DNA of 19,015 nucleotides from a virus (IMGVR_UViG_2703718841_000004), one strand, 5' to 3'. Positions 1-7,590 are shown, numbered from the stretch's first letter. The notes: generated from the sequence alone by a model not told the origin. A program made the numbers and translations.

Positions 1-582
1 CGTGTGAACGATAACGTTCCGGGGCCTCTTACGCCGCCACAGCGCCATCTGCAGGGCATCGCAGGCCAGTTGCGCCGTCATGCGTGGCGACATTGACCAG
101 CCAATAACGGCACGTGACCACAGGTCAATGACCACTGCCAGATACAGCCAGCCTTCATCTGTACGTAAGTACGTGATGTCTCCTGCCCACTTCTGGTTCG
201 GGCCACTGGCGTAAAAATCCTGCTCCAACAGATTTTCTGACACAGGCAGGCCGTGTGCGCGGTAGCTGACCGGGCTGAACTTCCGGGAGGCCTTTGCCCT
301 CAGTCCCTGACGGCGCAGGCTTGCCGCCACGGTTTTTACGTTAAAGGGGTAACCCTGAGCACGCAGTTCATCCGTCAGGCGTGGGGCACCGTAACGCTGT
401 TTTGACCGGGTAAAAGCCGCGAGGACAACGCTGTCGCAGTGTTGGCGGAACTGCTGACGCGTGCTTATCCTTGTCCGCCGCTGACACCACGTATACCAGC
501 CGCTGCGGGCCACCCGGAGCACGCGGCACATTGCTTTGATGCTGAACTCAGCCTGATGTTTTTCAATAAAGACATACTTCAT
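1..582 (-). CDS. insF: IS3 transposase OrfB (InsF), 5' part only, truncated by the window edge; normally expressed as an OrfAB fusion by -1 frameshift
   Basis: The reverse complement of 565-582 gives ATG AAG TAT GTC TTT ATT GAA (MKYVFIE) and that of 1-60 gives [20 protein letters not shown], both matching IS3 InsF from memory. It is absent from the ORF track because its stop lies outside the window. Confidence 0.85.
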
Positions 583-887
583 TTCAGGCGCTTCGCGAAG
601 TATGTCGCGGCCTTTTGGAGGATAGCCAGCTCTTCATCCCGTTCTGCCAGCTGGCGTTTGAGACGTGCAATCTCGGTAGACATCTCCAGTTCACGTTCAG
701 AAGACGTCTGCTGATTTTGCTGTTTACTGCGCCAGTTGTAGAGCTGTGATTCATACAGGCTGAGTTCACGGGCTGCGGCAGTAACACCGATGCGTTCAGC
801 AAGCTTCAGGGCTTCACTGCGAAATTCAGGCGAATGCTGTTTACGGGGTTTTTTACTGGTTGATACTGTTTTTGTCATGTGAGTCAC
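579..887 (-). CDS. insE: IS3 transposase OrfA (InsE), HTH DNA-binding subunit
   Basis: The 102-aa translation [35 protein letters not shown]...[17 protein letters not shown] is recognised as IS3 OrfA. Its TGA stop overlaps the orfB ATG (ATGA), as in IS3. Confidence 0.9.
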
Positions 888-1040
888 CTCTGACTGAGAG
901 TTTACTCACTTAGCCGCGTGTCCACTATTGCTGGGTAAGATCAATTATCATCCACACAGGATAAAGACATCTGACCAGATTGCAGTATTAAAAGCTCTCA
1001 TGCAGACTACGCACCCCATATCATATACAAGGTTATACTG

Positions 1041-1451
1041 ATGGCTCAGGTTGCCCTTTTTAAAGAAATATTTGATCAAGTGCGGAAAGATTTAAACTGT
1101 GACCGATTTTACTCTGAACTAAAACGTCACAATGTCTCACATTACATTTACTATTTAGCCACAGGTAATATTCACGTTGTATTGAAAAATGATAACGCAG
1201 TGTTAATAAAAGGACTTGAGGAGGTTGTGAATGTTAAATTTCGCAGAGACACGCGACTTATAGAAACTTACTCTCATAAGTTGAAATCAAGAGAAATCAC
1301 ATTTCATGAATACAGGGAAAATCTGGCTAAGGCTGGAGTTTTCCGATGGGTTACAAATGTCCATGAACACAAAAGGTATTACTATACCTTTGACAACTCA
1401 TTATTGTTTACCGAAAGCATTCAGAACACGACACAATTTTTTCCACGCTAA
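1041..1451 (+). CDS. DUF1398 family prophage protein (YbcV/YdfO-like)
   Basis: 136-aa ORF; the translation resembles the YdfO/YbcV proteins found next to bor in DLP12/Qin-type prophages (recalled, not searched). Confidence 0.65.
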   Translation: MAQVALFKEIFDQVRKDLNCDRFYSELKRHNVSHYIYYLATGNIHVVLKNDNAVLIKGLEEVVNVKFRRDTRLIETYSHKLKSREITFHEYRENLAKAGVFRWVTNVHEHKRYYYTFDNSLLFTESIQNTTQFFPR

Positions 1452-1675
1452 ACCATATCGCCCGGTTTAATCCCCCTCACTATCCGGCACTCCCACACAG
1501 GAGTTACCAGTCGGTACTGAGGACATAGTTAATCCGGGAATACAATGAAAATACAGCACATCTGGCATACTTTAATAAACATTAAAAATATGAGATTTCA
1601 ACTCATTGTTTAGGTTTTGTTTAAATTTCTACAAATACGATTCAACAACCTTAAAAACACAACGGGAATAACACT

Positions 1676-1969
1676 ATGAAAAAAACGCTACTCACTTTCA
1701 CGCTGGCCCTGCTTATCTCTGGATGTGCTCAACAGACGTTTACTGTTGAAAACCAACCGACAACAGTAACACCGAAGGAAACCATCACTCATCATTTCTT
1801 CGTTTCTGGAATTGGTCAGAAGAAAACTGTCGATGCAGCCAAAATTTGTGGTGGCGCAGAAAAAGTTGTTAAGACTGAAACCCAGCAAACATTCGTAAAT
1901 GGATTGCTCGGTTTTATCACTTTCGGCATTTATACTCCGCTGGAAGCTCGGGTATATTGCTCACAATAA
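1676..1969 (+). CDS. bor: Bor outer-membrane lipoprotein (serum resistance, lambda Bor family)
   Basis: 97 aa with a lipoprotein signal peptide and lipobox LISGC (MKKTLLTFTLALLISGCAQQ...), recognised as the Bor family. It is oriented opposite to the lysis genes, as in lambda. Confidence 0.85.
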   Translation: MKKTLLTFTLALLISGCAQQTFTVENQPTTVTPKETITHHFFVSGIGQKKTVDAAKICGGAEKVVKTETQQTFVNGLLGFITFGIYTPLEARVYCSQ

Positions 1970-1977
1970 TATCATAA

Positions 1978-2006
1978 GTTGCCCATCTCGATGGGCAACT
2001 CTATCT
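1978..2006 (+). terminator. Candidate intrinsic terminator downstream of bor (possibly bidirectional)
   Basis: Perfect 9-bp stem GTTGCCCAT/ATGGGCAAC (1978-1986 / 1991-1999) with loop CTCG, followed by the T-rich tract TCTATCT; it starts 9 nt after the bor stop. Confidence 0.4.
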
Positions 2007-2286
2007 GCACTTGATGCGCAAATAACAACCTCCAAAAGAAAAATAGCAAAAGCAGACCGTGTCACATAAAGACGTGCAGTTACTTTCTTTTCTATTCCTT
2101 TCATAACGGACGGCTTTAAAAGAAGATTTATACGATCTGCCGAGGATTTTTCTCTGTACTCACTGATTCATATTCTCCTCTTTGTTTGGTATAAAAACCG
2201 AACTCTTTCTCCAGTCGTTTTTCTTGTTCGGTAAGTCTAATAACAAGCTAACCGCAGGTTGGATTTACTGGCCTCATTAATGCCAA

Positions 2287-2832
2287 CTACACCACCACGC
2301 GCTCTTTCATCCAGCCATACACGAACGATTCATTAGCCTCACGTTTTTCTGCCAGTTCAAGGTAGCGATCTCCCTGCGTACAGTTTAGCGCTGTCAGAAT
2401 CACCAACTCACCATCCCTGCCACGTTTTGACAAATAGGCGCGTAACGCATTAATGGTACGTGGGCCGATACAACCATCTGCATCAATGTCCGGATACAAC
2501 TCTCCTTTCTGGTTAAATACATTAAGCCAGCGCTGAAGCATTCTGGATGCCACTGACGGCCCCATGTTTACGCCGGTATCACACAATTCAGCAGCGATCT
2601 CCGGAGACAGGCTCGCAACCTTGTGAAAACGTGGCCCGTACCAGTAGTCCGCTTCAAGAATTTCGAGGGCCTGCCCACGCGTCAGGTCACGAATATCCCC
2701 CTGATAACCGTGTGCACGGGCAACTTTTCCAGTAATGCCCCATTTAGTCGGACCACCTTTATCATCAGGGTGGTTGACGTAGCCGCCCTCTTTGCCAAGA
2801 ACAGCATCAAAAATTTCATCTTTCGACTTCAT
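2287..2832 (-). CDS. Endolysin, glycoside hydrolase family 108 N-acetylmuramidase with C-terminal peptidoglycan-binding domain
   Basis: Start taken at the internal ATG (MKSKDEIF...) whose ATG overlaps the stop of the upstream membrane-protein gene. The GH108 signature DAVLGKEGGYVNHPDDKGGPTKWGIT is present. TAG stop at 2287-2289. Confidence 0.75.
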   Translation of the reverse strand: MKSKDEIFDAVLGKEGGYVNHPDDKGGPTKWGITGKVARAHGYQGDIRDLTRGQALEILEADYWYGPRFHKVASLSPEIAAELCDTGVNMGPSVASRMLQRWLNVFNQKGELYPDIDADGCIGPRTINALRAYLSKRGRDGELVILTALNCTQGDRYLELAEKREANESFVYGWMKERVVV

Positions 2833-2833
2833 C

Positions 2834-3112
2834 TCAGCGCCTTCGTAATACAAAGATTTTTGAAACGTTCCCACGAGCACGAACCACCAGCACGCAGAAC
2901 AGCAGGTTAAAAAACACTTCCAGCCAGCCCGTTGCTAACGGGCGACCACACAGATAGCTGAGGGGCGCAAAGGCATACAGCAGCATCAGCAACCAGGCCA
3001 GCCATGACATCAGCGGTTTATGTCTGGAATCACGACGACGATAAAAAAAGAGCGTCAGCACAATAACCGTGCATAACGCCACATTCAGCAATCCGGGAAG
3101 GTTACTTAACAT
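2834..3112 (-). CDS. Small membrane protein of the lysis cassette (antiholin or second holin candidate)
   Basis: 92 aa from the first ATG (MLSNLPGLLNVALCTVIVLTLFF...), preceded by a GGAGG RBS. It has two or three hydrophobic helices and a basic C-terminus (RRR). The ATG overlaps the 3' end of the upstream holin ORF and its stop abuts the endolysin start. Confidence 0.5.
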   Translation of the reverse strand: MLSNLPGLLNVALCTVIVLTLFFYRRRDSRHKPLMSWLAWLLMLLYAFAPLSYLCGRPLATGWLEVFFNLLFCVLVVRARGNVSKIFVLRRR

Positions 3113-3494
3113 TGCCGCCTCCTCCACCCCGCAGGCGGGAGAACAGGCCGGACACCAGCGATGCAATATCCTGCTGGTGGATGAACGAGAGAATCTTCAC
3201 CGACACCACCGCCACCAGCACCGCACACAGAGCATCCGCCGATGTACCGTCATAACCTGTTTTTGATGCAATCCAGGCTGACAGCACATGCGCACCCAGC
3301 ACGCCAACGATAAACGACACCAGAAAATGCGCTGCCACACGCCAGGCAGATAGTGCCTGCGGCATTGTGGCCACAAACAGCGCCCCGGCAAATGCGCCAA
3401 ACACAATCCCGAAATCCGTTCCGGTAAACAGCCCGAATACCGTCGCCCCGCCGAGCGCCGCAGCCGTGCCGGAACCGGATAAGGGTTCAGACAT
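3102..3494 (-). CDS. Putative holin (multi-pass membrane protein, Gly/Ala-rich TM helices)
   Basis: 131 aa from ATG 3494 (MSEPLSGSGTAAALGGATVFGLF...), with an RBS GGAG 7 nt upstream. The ORF-track start further upstream is not an ATG. It is the first gene of a holin/membrane-protein/endolysin arrangement. Confidence 0.55.
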   Translation of the reverse strand: MSEPLSGSGTAAALGGATVFGLFTGTDFGIVFGAFAGALFVATMPQALSAWRVAAHFLVSFIVGVLGAHVLSAWIASKTGYDGTSADALCAVLVAVVSVKILSFIHQQDIASLVSGLFSRLRGGGGGNVK

Positions 3495-3510
3495 ACTTTT
3501 TCTCCTGTAA

Positions 3511-3534
3511 ATAAAAAAGGGCCACTGTCGGCCC
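3511..3534 (-). terminator. Candidate intrinsic terminator immediately upstream of the holin RBS (minus strand)
   Basis: GC stem GGGCC/GGCCC (3519-3523 / 3530-3534) with loop ACTGTC; on the minus strand it is followed by TTTTTTAT (complement of 3511-3518). Confidence 0.4.
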
Positions 3535-3621
3535 GTAAAAAAACAACACCCCGTCAAAGGCACCCGCAGATACCTTTTGTGTGGTGTTATCTGATGTGAT
3601 GTGCGCCGGACGTGGCGCGGA

Positions 3622-3648
3622 TATAAAAAAGGCCCGCCGCAGCGAGCC
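3622..3648 (-). terminator. Candidate intrinsic terminator downstream of the AraC-family gene (minus strand)
   Basis: Imperfect stem GGCCCGC/GCGAGCC with loop CGCA (3631-3648); on the minus strand it is followed by TTTTTTATAT (complement of 3621-3630). Confidence 0.4.
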
Positions 3649-3673
3649 TGTTTTCAATGAGTGCAAAATTCAA

Positions 3674-4417
3674 TTATTCTTGAGTAACACTTAAACTCAT
3701 CTCATTGAATGCAGCCATCCTGTAACCTGCCGGTGTAACACCAAAATAACTCCTGAATACGCTGATAAAATAAGATGTAAAATTATAGCCACACTGAGCA
3801 GCGATTCTGTTGATGGCGCAACGAGATTGATTCAACAGCATTGCTGCCATTCTCATTCTCTCTGTAAGCAACAACTCACTGAAACAGGTGCCTTCTTCTT
3901 TCAGTCTTTTTTTTAACAAACTTTCACTGATACATAACCGCGAAGACACATCTCTCAGAGTCCAGTTTGCTGCAATGTCCGTACGAAACAATGCACTAAG
4001 CCTGTCACTAATATTGCCAATACACGCGGTCAGAAACGACGAAAACATTTTCTCTGATGAGAAAAACGCCAGACACGAAAAGGAAAGCATTTCCGCTAAA
4101 TTGTCCGTATGAATCTTTTCCTCACAAAGATAATCAATCAGGATGCCCATCAATTCTGCCTTGGGAAAACTCACGCAAAGATATCGTGGTATTTGCCGGA
4201 CTAAAACTACATCCTGTTTTTCGTCTCCACACAACAGGTAACGGATAATTGTCGATTCACTGAGACTTATTCGCCGAAAACATTCCGAAAAGGGCAATAA
4301 CGATCCAGCTCCCCCCCTGACAAGAAGTGCACTACCACTTTCCAGAGAGAGCTCTTTTCCTTCAAAGAGCACAACAAACGGGGAATGAACAAAAACAACA
4401 GAACAAGCTTCATTCAT
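3674..4417 (-). CDS. AraC/XylS-family transcriptional regulator, AppY/GadX-like (prophage cargo)
   Basis: 247 aa from the first ATG (MNEACSVVFVH...). The C-terminal dual HTH ...ISESLLKKRLKEEGTCFSELLLTERMRMAAMLLNQSRCAINRIAAQCGYNFTSYFISVFRSYFGVTPAGYR is typical of AraC-family proteins, and the N-terminal CSVVF and overall layout resemble AppY of DLP12 as I recall it. The gene looks AT-rich by eye. Confidence 0.8.
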   Translation of the reverse strand: MNEACSVVFVHSPFVVLFEGKELSLESGSALLVRGGAGSLLPFSECFRRISLSESTIIRYLLCGDEKQDVVLVRQIPRYLCVSFPKAELMGILIDYLCEEKIHTDNLAEMLSFSCLAFFSSEKMFSSFLTACIGNISDRLSALFRTDIAANWTLRDVSSRLCISESLLKKRLKEEGTCFSELLLTERMRMAAMLLNQSRCAINRIAAQCGYNFTSYFISVFRSYFGVTPAGYRMAAFNEMSLSVTQE

Positions 4418-4537
4418 ATCAATTGCCCTGACATTACTGGTCACAAGATAAGTATATATCGATTTACAAAAATACAAGCCGAAAGACCAGTATTAGCAAC
4501 CACCAGCGCGTTTAACGTCCTGTACCGTTTTTCAGGC

Positions 4538-4563
4538 ATAAAAAACCCGCTCAGTGGCGGGTT
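4538..4563 (-). terminator. Intrinsic terminator downstream of the ORF6N gene (minus strand)
   Basis: Stem AACCCGC/GCGGGTT (4544-4550 / 4557-4563) with loop TCAGTG; on the minus strand it is followed by TTTTTAT. Confidence 0.5.
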
Positions 4564-4639
4564 TAAGCTGTTTGGCGTAGTAACCACTCTTAACAGGATA
4601 TTCAACTTTTTACGATCGTAAAGCGTTCGGGGAAAATTT

Positions 4640-5128
4640 TTAAAACCGTTCCAGAGTGCATACCATCGCATCGGCGGGTAGTTTTTCCGTGAAGTCGACC
4701 TGACCGTGTTTATCGAAGTGGATCAGTAATGCGCATCCATCATTTTGGGTTGGGGTGTTTTGTGCTGCTGGTGGTTGTTTTTGGCTGAAATAACAGTCTT
4801 CCAGTTTTTCGAACACTTCCCACGCCTGATCGGTTTCCAGCATTTTGGTGTGACGGGCTGCTCCGCGTTCTGTCCAGAGGATGAGGTGCTTTGTACGCGG
4901 TGCAACTAAGTTACTTTGAGTAACCTTGTTCTTAAATTCCCGCAACTCAGCCCCTTCCAATTTGAAGTAGTGTTTCCCACAAACAAAACGCTCGGCATTG
5001 CGTGTATAGTTCACTTTGATGTTATTAGTTTCGGTGCCATAAAGTTGTGCCAAAAGCTCGGTAGTAATGACAGGGATTTGGTTATGGGTGATCGGGGAAA
5101 GAGTTTCAACTGAGATTTGAATAGCCAT
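4640..5128 (-). CDS. ORF6N-domain (KilA-N/antirepressor-like N-terminal domain) phage protein
   Basis: 162 aa with ATG at 5128 and an RBS AAGGA. The segment ITTELLAQLYGTETNNIKVNYTRNAERFVCGKHYFKLEGAELREFKNK...HLILWTERGAARHTKMLETDQAWEVFEKLED matches the ORF6N pattern from memory. Confidence 0.6.
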   Translation of the reverse strand: MAIQISVETLSPITHNQIPVITTELLAQLYGTETNNIKVNYTRNAERFVCGKHYFKLEGAELREFKNKVTQSNLVAPRTKHLILWTERGAARHTKMLETDQAWEVFEKLEDCYFSQKQPPAAQNTPTQNDGCALLIHFDKHGQVDFTEKLPADAMVCTLERF

Positions 5129-5284
5129 AGGATGATCCTTTTTCTATGTGAATCATCACCACTGCTGACGCCAATCAGTATGGTGGTGAACTGTGCAGGG
5201 TTGGCGTAACCGGGAAAAAGGAACCGGCGCGGATCGCTCCGCCCCCACACAGCCCACCATTGAGATGTGACAGTGCAAACGACA

Positions 5285-5307
5285 ATAAAAAAGACGCTGG
5301 CGCGTCT
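5285..5307 (-). terminator. Candidate tR' (intrinsic terminator downstream of Q and of the putative late promoter)
   Basis: Perfect stem AGACGC/GCGTCT (5292-5297 / 5302-5307) with loop TGGC; on the minus strand it is followed by TTTTTATT. It lies about 95 bp downstream of the Q stop. Confidence 0.5.
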
Positions 5308-5367
5308 GTTGTCGCCTTTTTCATCCGGGACGCCAATCCCGACGCCAGATTTTGCTGGCGCGTGAGG

Positions 5368-5397
5368 AATATAGCCCCGGACAATGTGTCTGGTCAA
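5368..5397 (-). promoter_or_regulatory. Candidate late promoter PR' (sigma70-like -35 TTGACC, 18-bp spacer, -10 TATATT) just downstream of Q
   Basis: The reverse complement of 5392-5397 is TTGACC and that of 5368-5373 is TATATT. The position (5 nt after the Q stop, about 70 nt upstream of the candidate tR') mirrors the lambda PR'-qut-tR' layout. Confidence 0.35.
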
Positions 5398-5401
5398 GCT
5401 C

Positions 5402-5788
5402 CTACATGATTCGTTCTACGTATCTGTCCATCTCCAGTCGGATATCAAGCATCATCAACATGCCATCAATAACCCCTTCCGCTTTCTGCAGGCGCTTGCC
5501 AATACAGGTATCCGAACACCCATGCTTTCGTGCCAACCCCATAAAAGTCATTCCACCTACGTAATAATCCACCAACAAATCGTGCAAATCCTGATTTTTC
5601 TTGTTCAACCGGGCCATACAGCCACAAATTATCATTGCATCATCATCAGAACACTGAGGGCGTGATTTCACTTTCGGCGGGATTAATCCTTTAAAACCAG
5701 CAGCGATTGACGCCCATGACACATCTTCGTGATTGTTCGCAGCCCATGCTCCCCACCGCTCCATAACCTGCTGAATATCACGCACCAT
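5402..5788 (-). CDS. Late-gene antiterminator Q (QuuD/phage 21-82 type)
   Basis: 128 aa from ATG 5788 ([34 protein letters not shown]...), RBS AGGTG, with the zinc-binding segment [16 protein letters not shown]. It resembles DLP12 QuuD as recalled. The start overlaps the rusA stop. Confidence 0.8.
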   Translation of the reverse strand: MVRDIQQVMERWGAWAANNHEDVSWASIAAGFKGLIPPKVKSRPQCSDDDAMIICGCMARLNKKNQDLHDLLVDYYVGGMTFMGLARKHGCSDTCIGKRLQKAEGVIDGMLMMLDIRLEMDRYVERIM

Positions 5789-6155
5789 CGTTATCACCTG
5801 TAATTTCGTAAATCTTCACGCCCAACCGCCCACCAGGAACAGGCAGTCCGCGCACAATATTGATTTCATCAAACTGCTCGTCGTCTATAAGTAGTCCGGC
5901 ATGCGTCAGCGCATCCAGTGGTGCCTTCAGGATATTGTCCAGGTCGCGGCGGCGCTTATCCGGTGGCTCTGCAATAATTTTTATTGCCAGCCTTCCGGAC
6001 AGGTTTAATTTCAGTCGCTGCTGGCGAACAATAAGCGCCACATCACGGCGATAACGCTCACCGGCTTTTGATACAAAATATGTGCTGCCACGACGTCGCC
6101 AGTAGGTATTCACCGTCGGCGGGTAAGGCAAAACAAATTCTATGCGTTCAGTCAT
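5778..6155 (-). CDS. rusA: Holliday-junction resolvase RusA
   Basis: 125 aa; the RusA family pattern ...[14 protein letters not shown]...[30 protein letters not shown] is recognised. The ATG at 6155 abuts the upstream stop (TGAATG). Confidence 0.85.
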   Translation of the reverse strand: MTERIEFVLPYPPTVNTYWRRRGSTYFVSKAGERYRRDVALIVRQQRLKLNLSGRLAIKIIAEPPDKRRRDLDNILKAPLDALTHAGLLIDDEQFDEINIVRGLPVPGGRLGVKIYEITGDNDGA

Positions 6156-7211
6156 TCATGCTTTCCACTTCAGGACACCCGAATTTCTCGCGTGCATTAA
6201 AAAACGAATCAGCAACAACAGCTGGCTGCCGTGTTTTTCTTCAAAATCTTTTACCCCGGCGTGCAGTTCGTTATGACATTTACGGCACAGCGGAATAACA
6301 AACAAATCATCAGCCTTTGTTCCCATCCCTCCCAGTCCATGACCAATGATGTGATGCGGATCATCTGCCTGATTACCGCACGTCATGCATTTCTGCGTTT
6401 TTACCCAGCGCGTGTATACAGGCATCTCTTCCCGTTGTGGTTTCTGGCGCAGGAGATACTGAGCCGGTGACTCCGGATCAACGGCAATGCTGACCACCGT
6501 CTTTTCCTGTGGCGGGTTTTGCTGGTGGGCGTGAGGCAGCGGCGCAAGATTTTTTGTGCGCTGTTTCAGTATGCTGGTGGCGGTCTGTTCTCCCGGTACG
6601 ATGTCGCTTTCGCGGTACACTGAGCGGATGTTTTCACCCGGAAGTTTCAGGATTCGACGCGCCATATTTTCGGTCATGGCATCCACCACATTATTTACAA
6701 CAGCCCAGCAGTACAGTTCAGCCAGTGATAATTCACGCCCCTGCGTGCCATTCATTGCGTGACGGATGACGTCAATCATCCAGGCTGCCAGGTTTTGTTG
6801 AGCCAGATGCTCCAATGATTCGGAGGTCTGGTCACGCAGCTGGTTGTCACAGTGCCAGCACAACACCATCGCGCCGGTACCATAACGGTGAATGACGGTT
6901 TCACTGTGATGATAATCGCCGTGTGGCCACTGGCAGGATTTAATATGGCGCAACAGCCAGTCAGACAATGCACCAGCACCACCGGCAGCACGAATTACCC
7001 GCTCATCGCTGAAAAATGGCAGTAATGATTTATCTTCCGCCAGCGGCTGGCGAACGGCAGGAACGACTCCGGACGGCAGACCGCGCATACTTTTCGGTTC
7101 CGGTTCCACCAGTACTCTGCCGTTATGGAATACCTGCATGGATTCACGGCCAGGCTTAACGATAACCAGTCCGAGTTCCGGTACCAGAACAGGTCGAAGC
7201 AATACCCGCAT
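6156..7211 (-). CDS. DUF968-family prophage protein (YdfU-like) with C-terminal HNH/zinc-finger-like motif
   Basis: 351 aa with a strong RBS GGAGG before ATG 7211. The C-terminus CMTCGNQADDPHHIIGHGLGGMGTKADDLFVIPLCRKCHNELH carries Cys/His spacing of HNH-like zinc fingers. It sits next to rusA, as in Qin and DLP12. Confidence 0.65.
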   Translation of the reverse strand: MRVLLRPVLVPELGLVIVKPGRESMQVFHNGRVLVEPEPKSMRGLPSGVVPAVRQPLAEDKSLLPFFSDERVIRAAGGAGALSDWLLRHIKSCQWPHGDYHHSETVIHRYGTGAMVLCWHCDNQLRDQTSESLEHLAQQNLAAWMIDVIRHAMNGTQGRELSLAELYCWAVVNNVVDAMTENMARRILKLPGENIRSVYRESDIVPGEQTATSILKQRTKNLAPLPHAHQQNPPQEKTVVSIAVDPESPAQYLLRQKPQREEMPVYTRWVKTQKCMTCGNQADDPHHIIGHGLGGMGTKADDLFVIPLCRKCHNELHAGVKDFEEKHGSQLLLLIRFLMHARNSGVLKWKA

Positions 7212-7212
7212 G

Positions 7213-7491
7213 TTACCTCCAGATGCGTTGCTGGAATGTGCGGGATGGACGTGGTGGGCGTTCGGAATAAGGAAGCCTGACGGAAATTATCCAGTGTCGT
7301 AAGTCAAGACTGAGGTCTTTCCTGACCTCGCGTCCGCGCCTGCGATAACACTGAATCAGCCATTCGGCCTGTTCTTCAGTGCACGGATCATGCTGGTACC
7401 AGTCAGTTTTAAAGACGTGTGAACGCCGCCCGTACCGGATGGCAGGGTCGGCTGAGTTATCAGAATTGTGAAATTTGGTCTTGTGCGCCAT
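7213..7491 (-). CDS. Hypothetical nin-region protein (positionally equivalent to rem of Qin)
   Basis: 92 aa from the first ATG (MAHKTKFHNSDNS...). The longer 119-aa ORF-track version starts at TTG and would run through the hok terminator hairpin, so the shorter form is preferred. Its stop is 1 nt from the downstream gene start. Confidence 0.4.
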   Translation of the reverse strand: MAHKTKFHNSDNSADPAIRYGRRSHVFKTDWYQHDPCTEEQAEWLIQCYRRRGREVRKDLSLDLRHWIISVRLPYSERPPRPSRTFQQRIWR

Positions 7492-7561
7492 CTGTTTTCT
7501 CTGCTGGCGCAGCAGGTGCCAGTTGTTCAGGCTGGCGTGCGAATTGTAAACCAGAATGCCA

Positions 7562-7590
7562 GGAAAAAACAAAACCCGCCGAAACGGGTT
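7562..7590 (-). terminator. Intrinsic terminator at the 3' end of the hok mRNA (minus strand)
   Basis: Stem AACCCG/CGGGTT (7573-7578 / 7585-7590) with loop CCGAAA; on the minus strand it is followed by TTTTGTTTTTT. Confidence 0.55.

Larger units (their letters stand above)
1..943 (-). mobile_element. IS3 insertion sequence, partial (window begins inside orfB); element terminus at about 943
   Basis: The minus strand encodes IS3 OrfA in full and the start of OrfB. The reverse complement of 901-943 reads TGATCTTACCCAGCAATAGTGGACACGCGGCTAAGTGAGTAAA, which matches the IS3 terminal inverted repeat as I recall it. The element continues past the window start. Confidence 0.85.

Noticed and set aside
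439-714. 91-aa plus-strand ORF inside IS3
   Set aside because: It is antisense to the recognised IS3 orfA/orfB coding sequence and has no start context or recognisable features; most likely a chance ORF.
584-802. 72-aa minus-strand ORF in an alternative frame of IS3 orfA
   Set aside because: It overlaps the recognised InsE reading frame entirely; an alternative-frame artefact.
1688-1888. 66-aa ORF antisense to bor
   Set aside because: It lies entirely within the recognised bor gene on the opposite strand and has no RBS.
2547-2910. Plus-strand ORFs (62 and 95 aa) antisense to the endolysin gene
   Set aside because: They are embedded antisense in a gene with a clear GH108 signature and have no independent support.
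3069-3406. ORFs 3069..3266 (+) and 3197..3406 (-) overlapping the holin gene
   Set aside because: Antisense or alternative-frame to the membrane-protein ORFs; the GC-rich codons of the holin create open frames by chance.
3888-4671. ORFs 3888..4112, 4057..4248 and 4385..4621 (+) and 4441..4671 (-)
   Set aside because: Antisense to the AraC-family gene or spanning the terminator-containing intergenic region; no RBS and no recognisable protein features.
4723-5113. ORFs 4723..4905 (-) and 4916..5113 (+) inside the ORF6N gene
   Set aside because: Alternative-frame or antisense overlaps with a recognised ORF6N-domain gene.
5011-5665. ORFs 5011..5397, 5175..5384 (-) and 5352..5564, 5384..5665 (+) around the Q to ORF6N junction
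   Set aside because: They cross the candidate PR'/tR' leader or lie antisense to Q; translation of the 128-aa frame would run through a terminator hairpin.
5860-6991. ORFs 5860..6054, 6068..6298, 6231..6470, 6509..6769, 6556..6762 (+) and 6776..6991 (-)
   Set aside because: All are antisense to or out of frame with rusA and the DUF968 gene, which are tightly coupled and recognisable.
7213-7572. Longer 119-aa version of the nin-region ORF starting at 7572
   Set aside because: Its start codon is TTG and the 5' extension would be translated through the hok terminator hairpin (7573-7590); the first ATG at 7491 is preferred.
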